A stretch of DNA of 64,000 nt from Callorhinchus milii (lineage: Eukaryota). Made by a program: the position numbers and the translations under genes. Of this stretch, positions 49,330 to 61,268 are shown piece by piece (positions within the stretch are counted from its first letter, which is position 1; the number at the start of each line of letters is the position of its first letter). Where the stretch lies: the NCBI RefSeq assembly GCF_018977255.1, contig NW_024704742.1, forward strand, positions 127,412,001-127,476,000, written 5' to 3'. The notes beneath the pieces were generated by a model that ran no database searches, had not been told where the DNA came from, and worked only from the letters and a program-made list of their open reading frames with translations.

Positions 49330-49950
49330 AAGTGACAAATTACATTTTGTCCATCTGCGACCAGGGCTCCCTCTGTCTCCTCATTCTCCTTGACCTCTCT
49401 GCTGCCTTTGATCCGTTGACCACTCTATCCTCCTCCACCGCCTCTCCTCTCACCTCAACCTTCATGGTTCTGTCCTTGAATGGTTTCAGATCATACCTCT
49501 CACACCATCCCTACTTCATCTCTACAAATGGCTTCTCCTCTATTCCCGCACAGTCTCGTGCAGAGTTCCTCAGGGCTCTGTCCTTGGTCCCCTCCTCTTC
49601 AATATCTATATGCTCCAGCCTTCCCAACTCCTCCCTCCACAGGCTGCAGAACACCCAGAACTCTGCAACCTGTGTCCTCTCCCACACCAGGCTCCATGAC
49701 CCTTCTGCTGCTCTGCCCCCACCCTCTGGAACTTCATCCCACAGTCTATCTGCCTTGCCGACTCCCTTGCTTTCTTCAAGACTTGTCTCCAGACCCTCCT
49801 CTTTGACCGTGCCTCTGGTCACCCTCTTCCTGCCTTACCCTCCCCGATTCCGACCCGCAGCTCGGGTCCGAAATCCTGATTGTCCAGTTCCTTGGGATGT
49901 CCTCCCGACATGGAAGGTGCTATACAAATGTAATTTTGTTTGTTTGTTGA
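49330..49950 (+). mobile_element. Internally deleted L2 relic
   Basis: [19 protein letters not shown] followed by jumps to later RT segments and the tail. Confidence 0.85.
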
Positions 49951-50299
49951 TGTAAAATCCTTGCATTTATCACATTGTTGAGAACATCTCAAACCACTTC
50001 ACATTACAGTATATTCTGTGAAATGCTTTGAGACATGATAAGGCACTATATCAAATGCAAGGATTATTAATGTTATTAAATACTGTAAAATGAATGAATG
50101 TATATTTTGTGGTCGAAATACGGTAGCCAACTTCACACTGCAGTATTCCACAAACAGTCATGGAATACATTAGAACACATTAGAATATACAGCACAGGAA
50201 CAGCCATTCGGCCCAACTGGTCTATGCCGGTGTTTATGCTCCACATGAGCCTCCTCCTGCCCTTCCTCAACTGAGCCATCAAGCATAACCTTCTAGGGT

Positions 50300-52900
50300 A
50301 TCTGAGAGGTATCTATTGCCTCCCTCAAAATCACAGCAGTCTGTCCTAACCCACAAAATGTTTGCTAAAATCTTATAGTCTATGTTTAACAATGTTATGG
50401 GTCTCTAGTTCTTCATCTTCTTCTCTCCATTGTTCTTATACATCACCTCTGCTCCTCCCAGGGATCTGCTCATTTTCCCCCTTTGCACGTTTCCATATAC
50501 CTCTCTCAACTCCTTCCAAAAGGTGTCACAACTCATTTGGCAGCCTGTCTGCCTCTGGAGCCTTCTCCTTCATCATGCCTCACAGAGCCTCATCCATTTC
50601 TTCCTTCTCAATCTGCCTGTCCATGTATCTCACATCCTCCTCAGATACCCTCACCTCCAACTTACCTAGAAGTTTTTCCAAGAACTCCTCTTTAAAGGCC
50701 TTTGCCCCATTTCATGCAATTTTATATATTCAAGTATCTCCCCCACTTCTTAATTCTTCCATAATTCTCTTCATTTTTTTGCCTTCCTAACAAAGTAGCC
50801 AGTACACCTTTCATTTTCTATACAAGTCTCATTCTCTCCTGCACCATTATAAAAATCACATCCCTGGTCATCAAAGCCTCTCACAATCTATTTCATAATT
50901 TAAACCTTTCACATACCTATTGTTGTCCAGGAGAAACCTCGACACTGCCAAACCTACATCCACATACATCAATCTTTCCAGCATGATTACTTAATCTGCC
51001 TTCACCTCCACATCCCTATTCCCAAACAGAACCCTATCCCAGTTGCTAGGTAGCATCTGATCCCAACCAAACTGACGCCCCTCTCCTCCATTCCTTCTTC
51101 AGTGTTATTTATTTCCTTTTATCTACCATAACCATCTTCTGGGAAAATATTAGTATTGCCAGCAGCCTTTTGACTTCTCTTTCACTTCCTTACTATCCTC
51201 TTTCCTCCTGCTTCCCCTTTCTCCCCTCCGTCCCAAATTTCTTCCTCAGTTCCCTCACCATCATTTGCCTTCTCTGGCATCTCCTCCATTGCTCCGCTTC
51301 CCTCCTTACCATTCCCAGCATCTTCAGTTCTGACAGACATTCTGCACATCTTTCCCATCCCCACTTTCAGATACACCTTCCTTGAACATTACACTCTCTT
51401 CCCTCTCTGTTCCTTGCCTGAATGCATCATGCCCATATCAACCTGTCCACTCCCTCTGCTCAGCAGGCTGTGGCCAATGGCCACAACCCCCGCCCGGCCC
51501 GGCCCGCCCCAACATCAGCGGTCGGGCCTTCAGCCTTTCTACCCCACCCTTTGGAACTCCATCCCACATTCCCTTCACCTTCCTCCCTCCCTTGCATCCT
51601 TCAAGACATGTCTCAAAACTCTCCTCTTTGATCGCGCCTTCGGCCACCCTCCTACCCTCCCTGGCCTTCACCCTTCCCGATCCCGACTTCAAACTGGGGT
51701 TCAAATCCCTGACTGTCCAGCGCCTTGGGACACCCTCCTGACATGAAAGGCACTATACAAATGTAATCTTGTATTGTATTGCATTGATCCCCAAACAACT
51801 CACTATCCCTCCCTTCCACTCCCAGTCTTTTAAATTCCACACACATTGCTTGCTACGTATAGGTGTCCTCCCTCACCAAACAAATCACATTTCCTCAGTG
51901 CCTGGCACCCACCTATCTCATTGTTCTGCCCATATTTATTTCCTTCCAGACAAACAAAGACATAGTTAAAAATTAAAAAAAATGTGATCACTCAATCCAC
52001 AACAGTTTGCGGGATACTGCTGTACAACATTAGCTGCCACATTTCACCCACAAAATATACAGTCAATTCACTTTGCAGTATATTCTGTGGAGCAAGTTGA
52101 GACAACAACAACAACAAGATTCCATTTATAGAGCACCTTTCACGTCGGGAGGACGTCCCAAGGCGCTAGATGATGTGATAAGGCACTATATCAAATGCAA
52201 GGATTATTATTATTATAATTCCTGCACCTCAACCTCAGGGCATCCTGCCACCAAATGCCCTAATCTCCCACACAGCCTTGGCATTTCTTGGTATACAATA
52301 TATCCTCTCAACACTCCTAAAGTTATCATATTCAGCAAGTGTTTTACCACCTCAAGAAACTGAAGATCTAGAAACATACAAACCCCCCACCTTCTTGCCC
52401 CATTCCGCACAGAATCCCGGTCAGTAACCTTTATCACCAGTCCTAGCGCCCAACAACATCTCTTCAGCAAGACCTCTGTATCATGCTCATTCAACTCCTC
52501 ATTGTGAGGCTGTGCAGTCTTTCACCTCCCAGTCTGATAACACCTCCACAGTACAGTCAGAGGTTTATTCTGCTTCTTTGCACCAAATCTCTTCCAAAGC
52601 ACTTTGACCTTACTGTGCATTCTTGAAGCTTATATCAAAATGTCCTCAGTACCCCAAGCAAACAGTTCAGCTCCTCTGGATGAAACCTCAGTTCCTTCTG
52701 AACAACTTTCCTGCTAAACTCAAACCTTTGCAAAGCTGCTCCATTTTCTTCAAACTCAGCCAAACTGTCCATAGCCCCATCATCTTCCTATTGGGCAAAA
52801 AGAGAGCAACACCTTCAAAAGCAGTGGCTGCCTCTGCTTTTCTTCCCCAAGAAACAAGCCCTCTTTCATCTAGCTCAACAGGTACAGGATCTCCAACCCT
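50300..52900 (-). mobile_element. Degenerate L1/Tx1-clade LINE (ZCCHC3-like ORF1 with zinc knuckle, ORF2 remnants), interrupted by L2 (51400-51785) and a SINE with nested L2 tail (51980-52215)
   Basis: Minus-strand peptides FEFSRKVVQKELRF, VKHLLNMITLGVLRGYIVYQEMPRLCGRLGHLVAGCPEV and EEFLEKL...MDRQIEKEEMDEAL...KEKAPEADRLPNE resemble Tx1 ORF1 and the L1 ORF2 KAPGxDGLPxE region. Confidence 0.7.
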
Positions 52901-53149
52901 ATAACGTTTCCAATTTATCCCGTTCCAGTGTCCTTTTGTACTTCTTGTCTTTATCTCTTTGGCTCTTTCTTAATTGCCTTTTAGTTTTTAAAGGGATATC
53001 CTACAGAAATAGTGTTGTCTTCGTTAAGATGGTTTATTAGTTGCTTTGAAATTAGTCCTTTTTTCACCTTCACCTTTCCAAGACCCATTCTCAAACTGCT
53101 TGACCTGACCCTATGGAAATGATTCACTGCAAATATGTGACCAATGTAT

Positions 53150-53860
53150 TTAATTACCTTTGAGCCAATTCCCATGCAGAGATCTCTCCTGATATCTTCT
53201 TGCTTGATGGTTCCGTTGTGTTGTTTGTTTCCTGGTTTATGTTGTTCCATGTCTGGAGACTTCCCTTCTAGAAAAAATCAAATCAAGTTGCATTCAGCCT
53301 TTTTTTTGTGTCAGAAAACAAAATAGATTCCATTTTATGTTCATTGTTAATGCCACTTTTTTTTAACATATTACAAAAAGCCTCCCTGAAATTGAACAAA
53401 AAGATTTGTTTTTGCTACTTTGTCAGAAAGCAAAATATTTCTGGTCAAGTTTAAAATCAAAAGTTTAGGATCTTCTTGTTCCTTGGTTAAAGTAAACTGG
53501 TCAGAATTACAAGATGGTTTTGCTTTTATGCAGTATTAATGAACTGTGAAAAATTATATAACAGATCGTAATCAAGACTATAATACTGGTTTTAACATTT
53601 CTGAATATGTTATCAAGCCATCTCGGGTATTCTGTGCACATGACAAAATGTTTTACTTTCTTATCGATCAATAAATTACTTATGAAATTCATTGAATAAT
53701 TTGTTCCATGGAAAGTTACGATGGCCCTGTTCCAGGATTAAAAGAGAATGCTAAATTGATTTGCGGTCTGTTAAATATCAGAAACATATCTATCACCTTG
53801 ATATTTGGGAGATAAGTCACTCAGGGCCTCAAGGCTCTACTCTGATACCAAACTTCTCTT
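53150..53860 (-). pseudogene. Diverged duplicate of the UT 5' end: promoter plus paralogous exon 53158-53267 (MEQHKPGNKQHNGTIKQEDIRRDLCMGIGSK); relic or alternative first exon
   Basis: Colinear similarity with 47975-48770. The intron/acceptor gaatgcaacttgatttgattttttctag compares with gaatggaacttgatcttctattttttcag. The peptides share MEQxK....Q...T(I/L)K...GIG. It has an AAAG|gtaa donor, a TATA-like box, the core block and the TonE. Confidence 0.85.
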
Positions 53861-53919
53861 TTGTGCCAAAATGGCAAAGGCACAACTGATGGTGTGATTA
53901 ACCAATTTCCAGCATGGAG

Positions 53920-54255
53920 ACGTTATCCATCAATGTTTAAGATTATGAAAGGATTTGATAGGGTGAATGTTCATAGGCTGTTTCCACTTGGTGAGTCCAA
54001 AACAAGAGGCGTAAATATAAGCTAACCAGTAGTAGACCTAATAGGGAGTTTAGGAGGAACATCTTCGCATAGAGGAGGGTGAAAAAAATGGAACTCACTG
54101 CTGGAGGTTGTGGTTGAAACCAAAAGCATCAGAGTATTTAAGAGGATATTTGATGCATACACAATGGAGAAAGGAATAACGGACAAAAGGAAAGGGCAAT
54201 GGGGCTCTTGTGGAGTTTAAACACTGGCATTGAACTGAATGGCCCATTTCCTTGT
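53920..54255 (+). mobile_element. Degenerate CR1 3' end
   Basis: tttaagattatgaaaggatttgatagggt...aatggcc; homologous to the reverse complement of 15020-15400. Confidence 0.8.
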
Positions 54256-54619
54256 CATATCACTCTACGCAATCTGATCTGAGCAACTAGTCACTATCCT
54301 ACTAGTCTAGTGGTGGGAGGGGGAGGTAAGTGGGGTCTCCTTGGAGCTGAACTGTGTTAAAGGTGTCAAGATAGCACCAGATTATGAGATTCAACAACTA
54401 GTGCAGTCAAATCCTGAGCCAGGTGGATCTGCAGTACTTGAGGGCACTGCTGATACAGACCAGTCTGTCTGGCTCATTGGTAGGACTTGGAGGAGCAGGC
54501 CAGTCATTGGGGGCAGGGATTCTTCACACTCAGCTCCTTTTAATCCTGCAAGACAAAAACCTAATGACTAGGGTAATCCTAGCTGGACAAGCAGGAAAGC
54601 TTGCCAGACAGTGCTTTCA

Positions 54620-55272
54620 ACAACAACAACCATAACAACAACAACAAAATGACATTTGTATCGCGCCTTTCACATCGGGAGGACATCCCAAGGCACTGGA
54701 CAGACAGAGTTATGGATCTGAGCTGGGGGAGGGTGGAGGGCGGGGGGGAAGCAGGGAGATCGAAAGCACGGTGGAAGAGGAGGGTCTTGAAGTGGATCTT
54801 GAAAGTAGCGAGGGAGGGGATGAGGTGGAGGGACTGCGGGATGGAATTTCAGAGGGTGGGTGCAGAGTGGCGGAAGGCCTGCCTGTTAATAGTGGGGTGA
54901 GCAAGGCGGGGGACGTGAAGCAGGCTGGAACCCACTGAGCGGAGGGAGCGAGCAGGATGGTAGGGGGTTAGGATGTTGGCGAGGTAGGGGGAAGCAAGAC
55001 CATGGAGGGCTTTGAAGGTAATGACCGGGATCTTGAACTATATGCTCTGTGTGATGGGAAGCCAGTGGAGTTGGGAAAGGATGGGGGTGATAGGATCACG
55101 GAGCCTGGTGCAGGAGAGGACACAGGCTGCAGAGTTCTGGATGATCCGCAGCCTGTGGAGGGAGGAGTTGGGGAGGTCAACAAGCAGTGAGTTTGCATAG
55201 TTGAGCCTCGATGTAATGAAGGCATGTATGAGGATTTTGGTGGCCTGCGGTGTGAGACAGTGTCGGAGCCAA
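54620..55272 (-). mobile_element. L2 fragment inserted into an unclassified dispersed repeat
   Basis: [10 protein letters not shown]...IQNSAA...LHWLPI; CAA tail at 54620. Confidence 0.88.
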
Positions 55273-57261
55273 TACAATAGCAACCTATGCATTTTTTAAA
55301 AGCTGGTTAGACTCTAGCAGTACACCAAAGCACATTCCGGTAATTCCAAACCTTGGCTCTTTCCGATCTGTGCCTAATGCTCTCCAGAATTCCTCCGAAG
55401 AGTGTGCATCCCATTCCAAACACAGGAATTTCCATGTTTAGGTGGGATGCATGGTACTCTCAGTGTAGTTTAGATACTGATAAGCATGGTGATGGGTTTC
55501 CCCATATGTCAGATAACCCTCTGACCACAAAAAAATTAATCTGATTGCTGGTTCGGTTGAATGAGCTACCCAGGATCAAGGCAAGACCATACTTCTACCA
55601 CCCTCAGCCGTGTGAGACTGAGCTAAGCCAGTGTGACCTCTAGTTTGGGGATATTCAAATTTGAGGTCATCCGCCTTCTGGGGGTGGGGGGAGGAACTGA
55701 AGCGCTTTCAGTGAGATGGACACTCAACGCTGGATCAGGAGATCCGGAGGCCTGTGGAGCCAAGAAACTTACATGAATCAGCAGGAGCTGGTGGGGCACG
55801 AAGAGGCAGCTTGCTGAATACTGAATGGATAAATAGACAGAAGTGAGAGAGAACGTCTTCACTCCCACACAAGATCCTGTCAGCTCTCCTTGTCTCAGTG
55901 GCCGGAGACTCTCAGTGGCCGGTTACGAGAGGGAATTCGAATCGCTAGTGTTGGACTTCGGGAGCATGAGAGTAGCTAACCCTCACTATAGGAGGTAGAC
56001 CAGCCTCTGAGCTTTCGCTGTGCTCTGCAAACATTTTTATACAATATTGTCGATGCCCCGGGCAGGATGTTGAAGCCAGAATCAACAGAAGAGCTAGATA
56101 GTTAGTTTTCAGGATGTGAAAACGTCAAGTTAATCTTTGTTGCTTTTATGGTGGGATATTTATCTACATGGTTTGTTTTGGGGTTTATATTAAGCTTTTG
56201 ATTGGGTTAATGAGTAATTGTGAAATATACAGTCCTTGAGTTGACTAACCACCAGAGATTTTCAGGCTTTTATGTTTTTACTGGGAAAACCGAGCTGTAT
56301 AATAAGTTGTGTCAGGCTGGAATCGGAGGCAGCTCTTTAGAGTTAGGAAATGCAGCATAATAGTATGTTTCACACACAAAATCTACAGTTAATTAATTTT
56401 ACAGTATATTCTGTGAAGCCCTTTGAGGTTTCTTGATGATGTGATAAGGCACAATATCAAATGCAAGGATTTATATTGTGCAGCCAATAATTGCTATCCT
56501 TAACTACACTATTTGGTCATTTGGGGAAGAAAGGGAAACATCCAAATGATGTTAGAGAATATTATCTAGGTCATGAGATCTTAGGATAACAACACTGGGT
56601 AATCCTAAATGCTCCGAGACACTTCCCTGTGTGAATGGTGCTAGATAATTGCAAGTTGTTGTTATTGCAGTCATCCTTTTTATTAAAATAGAATTTTTTT
56701 CCTTCATGGATTATTTTCACTGGTCGGTAATCAGTGGGCATGAAATTAAAATAATCCCACTGTGTGCTTTGAGTTTCACAGAGCTACTGTGTTCGATATT
56801 CTGTTATGCTACTTGGATTCTTTTGCTCAACTGCATTGTCTACTGGTGTAAGAGGATAGAATTGCACTGTTAAGAACATAGGAATGCACATGACCGTATT
56901 GCAACTTACCCAGCCAGTGTCAAAATAAAATAAACAATCCTACGTTACTCTTGCTCTCACATCCACCTTGGTTTCTTCTCCAACTTAGTAATATCTAAGA
57001 TGCGTGTTCCTATGCTTGTGGTAACATTGAAAACACATATTGGATGCTAAACTGTGATTGTTGCAGTGGAGCTACTAGTTAGACTGGGACCATTTGCCAC
57101 AAGACCACTACAAGACCAACATCCTAGCGATGTCTCGGTGGGGCAAAAAGATTTAAGTGTTTTAGTACAACAAACTGGAGTTCTTTCATGTTTAGCTGTG
57201 GTCCACTATCCTCCAGCAGGTCTTGAAGTGAGAATCCGAAGAACCAACTCAGTCATAGGGT

Positions 57262-58150
57262 CAAACAACAGCAATAACAATTTGCACTTATGCCCTCCAC
57301 ACAGGGTAGCGTCTCAGAGCCCTTAACAGTGGTGGAGCCTGACTCTGAGATGGAGGGAGGGAGCTTGTGGCCGTAAGCACAGTTGAAGAGGAAAGTTTTC
57401 AGGCAGGACTTGAAAAGGGGGAGAGAGAGGGCAAGGCAGAGGGATTGAGGGAGAGTGTTCCAGAGTTTTGGGGTGTAGTGGCTGAAAACACAACCTCTGA
57501 TGGTGAGACGGAGGGTGCGAGGGACGAGCAGGAGGCCGGTGCCAGTCAAGCGGAGGCGCTGGGTGGTGGATTGGGGAGTAAGGAGGTCGGAGAGGTAGGA
57601 AGGTGCCAGAGAGTGAAGGGATTTGAACACAAGAATAAAGATTTTGAAGTCAATCGTTTGGTGATGGGGAGCCAGTGGAGCCTGGGTCAGAACTGGTGAG
57701 ATGTGGGTACGGAGTTTGGTCCGGATCAGTATGCGGGCGGCAGAGTTTTGAATGAGCTGAATCTTGTGAGTGGTGGAGCTGGGGAGACCGGCGAGGAGTG
57801 CGTTGGTTTAATCCATGTCACAAATGCATACACAAGGGTTTTGGCTGCATTTGGGGTAAGGTACGGTCGGAAGTGGGCTATGTGGTGGAAGTGGAAGCAG
57901 GCAGTCCTGGTCAGGGACTGGATATGGAGGTGGAAGGACAGTTGGGGGTTGAACTGGATGCCTAGATTGTGCACTGGTTCGGTGAGTCTGAGGGAGAGCC
58001 CAGGGAGGTTGAGGAGTTTAAATCCGCAGGAGTGAAGATGTTGACGGGAGCCGAGGAGTATGGCTTCCGTCTTGTCCATATTCAGCTGCAGGAAGTTTAC
58101 ACTCATCCAGGCCTTGATGTCTGCCAGACAAGCTGATAGAACATCTTCAA
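57262..58150 (-). mobile_element. Older L2 fragment
   Basis: [31 protein letters not shown]. Confidence 0.88.
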
Positions 58151-59054
58151 AGCTAGATGTATGCTGCGTCAATGCCACAAAAGATTAACAGTGTCCGAGC
58201 CCTCTGCGCCTATTCAATGACAGATCTGGAGGCTATTTTACCTCGTGCTAGTCTTCAGATCATTTAGGTAATGCTGAGTATTTGGATTTAATGCCTACTT
58301 TGTACTGTGAATACTGTGCATTCGCATGCACTGTCGCAGTCATGCACATCAACTTATTGGATCAAAATCTTTTATTGGAGCGCCTAAGATCTTTTCTGAG
58401 AAAAAGAAAAAAATCGAATTGTTTACTTTTATACTGCGGCAGCGGGAATCAATTTAATGTTGAGATTGTTTTCTCAAGCTGGACTTTAGACTGAATCACT
58501 TAGAGGTTGCTCAGTTTGCATCCATTTCAAAGCGATTTGCTGGGAAAAACATGTGCTGGGTAACAGAGCCTGCTTAAAGCTGATGCAACTAACTGTCGCT
58601 GAAGATAGACCTCAACAATACTCAGCTAATCCAGATCAGCATGTAATTGCAAACATAAATCATCATGTCTTAATACGCATTTTAGTTTTTAAAAGATGTA
58701 TGTGGGAATGTTGATTTTTCCTGTCTTTTAAACAACATTTATTGTTTTGTAGCTTGTATGAAACATTTGATTTGGTTAATAAGTAATAAGTAATGGGAAA
58801 ATATGTGTCTTTTGAAGATTTTTCTGTAACGTTTGAGTTTCTTGAACAACTGTGGGAATCAGAAATGTCTTGCTCACTGGGGAAAAAGGGTTTATTATGT
58901 TGCCAATTGTTCCTGTTATTGATACAGTGGAATTTGGTTAAGCTGGACACAGCGAGGATGGCTGTTTTGTCCAGCTCAAGAGGTGTCTGAGGCAAGCCAA
59001 AGTTCTCTTACTTCAGAGGAGCGACAGCAGGCTTCCTCCATCCCATTGCCACTC

Positions 59055-59369
59055 GTGGAGTCCTGTAGCTCAGTCGTTAGAGCACTCGCTTTGCAAATGA
59101 GAGACCTGAGTTCAATTCCAGGCAGAGGGCGAAACCTTGGGCAAGTTTCCTTACTCCACACAGAGCCTGATAATAATCCCTCCAAAAAAAACAATAATAA
59201 ATTGGACATTTTCAATCTACGACTGTTTGTGGGACATTGCTGTGCGCAATTGGCTGCTGCGTTCGCCCACAAATATACAGTCAATTCACTTTACAGTGTG
59301 TTCTGTGAAGCGCTTTGGGACGTCCTCCCGACGTGAAAAGCACTATATGCAAGGATTATTATTATTATT
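59055..59369 (+). mobile_element. tRNA-Ala SINE copy (young)
   Basis: Near-identical to the reverse complement of 3206-3527. Confidence 0.92.
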
Positions 59370-59429
59370 CTCGTTGCATAGGAAGGGGACCAATTAGCGG
59401 CGGCTCCGAGGTGATTGACAGCCTTAGAG

Positions 59430-59858
59430 CCACACACTCACAGAAAGACAGACAGACAGAGACACACTCACTCACAGAGAGACAGACAGAGACACACACA
59501 CTCACAGAGAGACGCACACTCAGACAGAGAGACACTCATTTAGAGACACTCACAGACACAGACAGACAGACAGACAGACACTCACGGACAGAGACACACA
59601 TACTCACAGACCAAGAGACACACACTCAGAGACAGAGATACACACACACAGACAGACAGAGAGAGAGACACACACTCACAGTGAGACACACATTCACAGA
59701 CAGACAGACGTACACACATACAGACAGACAGAGACATACACACATACAGACACACACTCACAGACAGAGAGACGCACACACACAGATACACACACTCACA
59801 GACAGAGACACACATTCACACACATACAGAGACACACAGACAGACAGAGACAGACTCA
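59430..59858 (+). repeat. Complex (CA/GA/GACA)n microsatellite
   Basis: Direct reading. Confidence 0.95.
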
Positions 59859-59929
59859 GTGACATCAAGTAAACAGTGTGAGGGGCCCCGGACCCGGAGC
59901 TCACTGTGTTTGTACATGTGCGTAGTGTA

Positions 59930-61160
59930 TACGGGTGTGGGGGGGGGGGGGGGAGTAGCAGAGGGTTTGTGTGTAGGGGAGGGTGTGTGTCTGTAGCGCA
60001 GGAGGTGTGTGCAGCGCTGGGGGTGTGTGTAGAGGAGGGGGTGTGTGTAGGGGAGGGGGGGTGTGTAGGGGAGTGGGGGTGTGTAGGGGAGTGGGGGTGT
60101 GTAGCGGCAGGGGGTGTGTGTAGGGGAGGGGGGGGTGTAGCGCAGGGGGTGTGTGTAGGGGAGGGGGGGGTGTAGCGCAGGGGGGCGTGTGTGTAGCAGA
60201 GGGTGTGTGTGTATAGGGGAGGGCGTGTGTGTAGCGGAGGGTGTGTGTGTATAGGGGAGGGCGTGTGTGTAGCGGAGGGCGTGTGTGTATAGGGGAGGGC
60301 GTGTGTGTAGCGGAGGGTGTGTGTGTATAGGGGAGGGCGTGTGTGTAGCGGAGGGTGTGCAGAGGAGGGTGTGTAGTGCAGGGTGTGTGGAGAGGGTATG
60401 TGTGTAGCGGAGGGTGTGTGTGTTTAGCAGAGGGTGTGTGTGTGTAGGGGAGGGAGTGTGTGTGTAGCGGAGGGTGTATGTGTGTGTAGCGGAAGTGGGT
60501 GCACGCACAACAGAGGCGGGTACCAGTGCACAACAGAGGGGGTGTGGGCGCACGATGGAGGAGTGTGGGAGTGTGCAGCAGAGGGGGGTGGATGCGTAGG
60601 GTTGTAGGAATGCGCAGTGGAGGGGGCTGGGCATGCACAGCAGTGCAGGGTGGGCGCGCGCGCACTGGAGGGGCAGTGAGCGCGCGCAGTGTAGGGGGTG
60701 GGTGCGCGTGCAGAGGATGGGGGCACTCGCGCAGCGGAAGGAGCATGCGTGCAGCAGAGAGGGTGCGTGTGTATTGGAGGAGTGCGTGTATAGTGGTGGG
60801 GTTGTGTGTGTAGCGGAGGGCGTGTTTGTGTAGCGGAGGAGGTGTGTGTAGCGGAGGGGGCGGTGTAACCAAGGGGGCGTGTAGTGGAGGAGTGTAACAG
60901 AGATGTGTGTGTAGCAGAGGGTGTGTGGGCAGTGGAGGGGGGCGCGCACGCAGCAGAGTGGGGCGCGCGCAGCAGAGAGGGCACAAGTGCAGTGGAGGGT
61001 GTTGCGCGTGTAGTGGAGGGGGCGCATGTGTAGTGGAGGGGGCGGTGTAGCAGAGAGGGGGTGTAGTGGAGGAATGTAGCGGAGGGTGTGTGTAGCGGAG
61101 GGTGTGTGTGTGGCGGAGGGATATGTGTGTAGTGGGGGGGGGTGTAGCGGAGAGGGTGTT
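59930..61160 (+). repeat. G/T-rich minisatellite, unit ~gtgtgtgtagcggaggg, with a CpG-rich variant block at 60500-60990
   Basis: Direct reading; the long H/T/P-rich ORFs here are artefacts. Confidence 0.95.
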
Positions 61161-61268
61161 TTTAGCGAATTCCGCAGAAAAATTGCGGCTGTACTTTTCT
61201 ATTGGCCCAACTCATAACCTATTGACTTTAATGCAACATTTTACACTCTACAAATGAAAACTAATATA

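Noticed and set aside
55977..55993. TAACCCTCACTATAGG, resembling T3/T7 phage promoters
   Set aside because: Matches neither promoter fully and there is no vector context; likely chance.
59315..61027. Long ORFs of 185-403 aa rich in H/T/P
   Set aside because: Translations of micro- and minisatellites.
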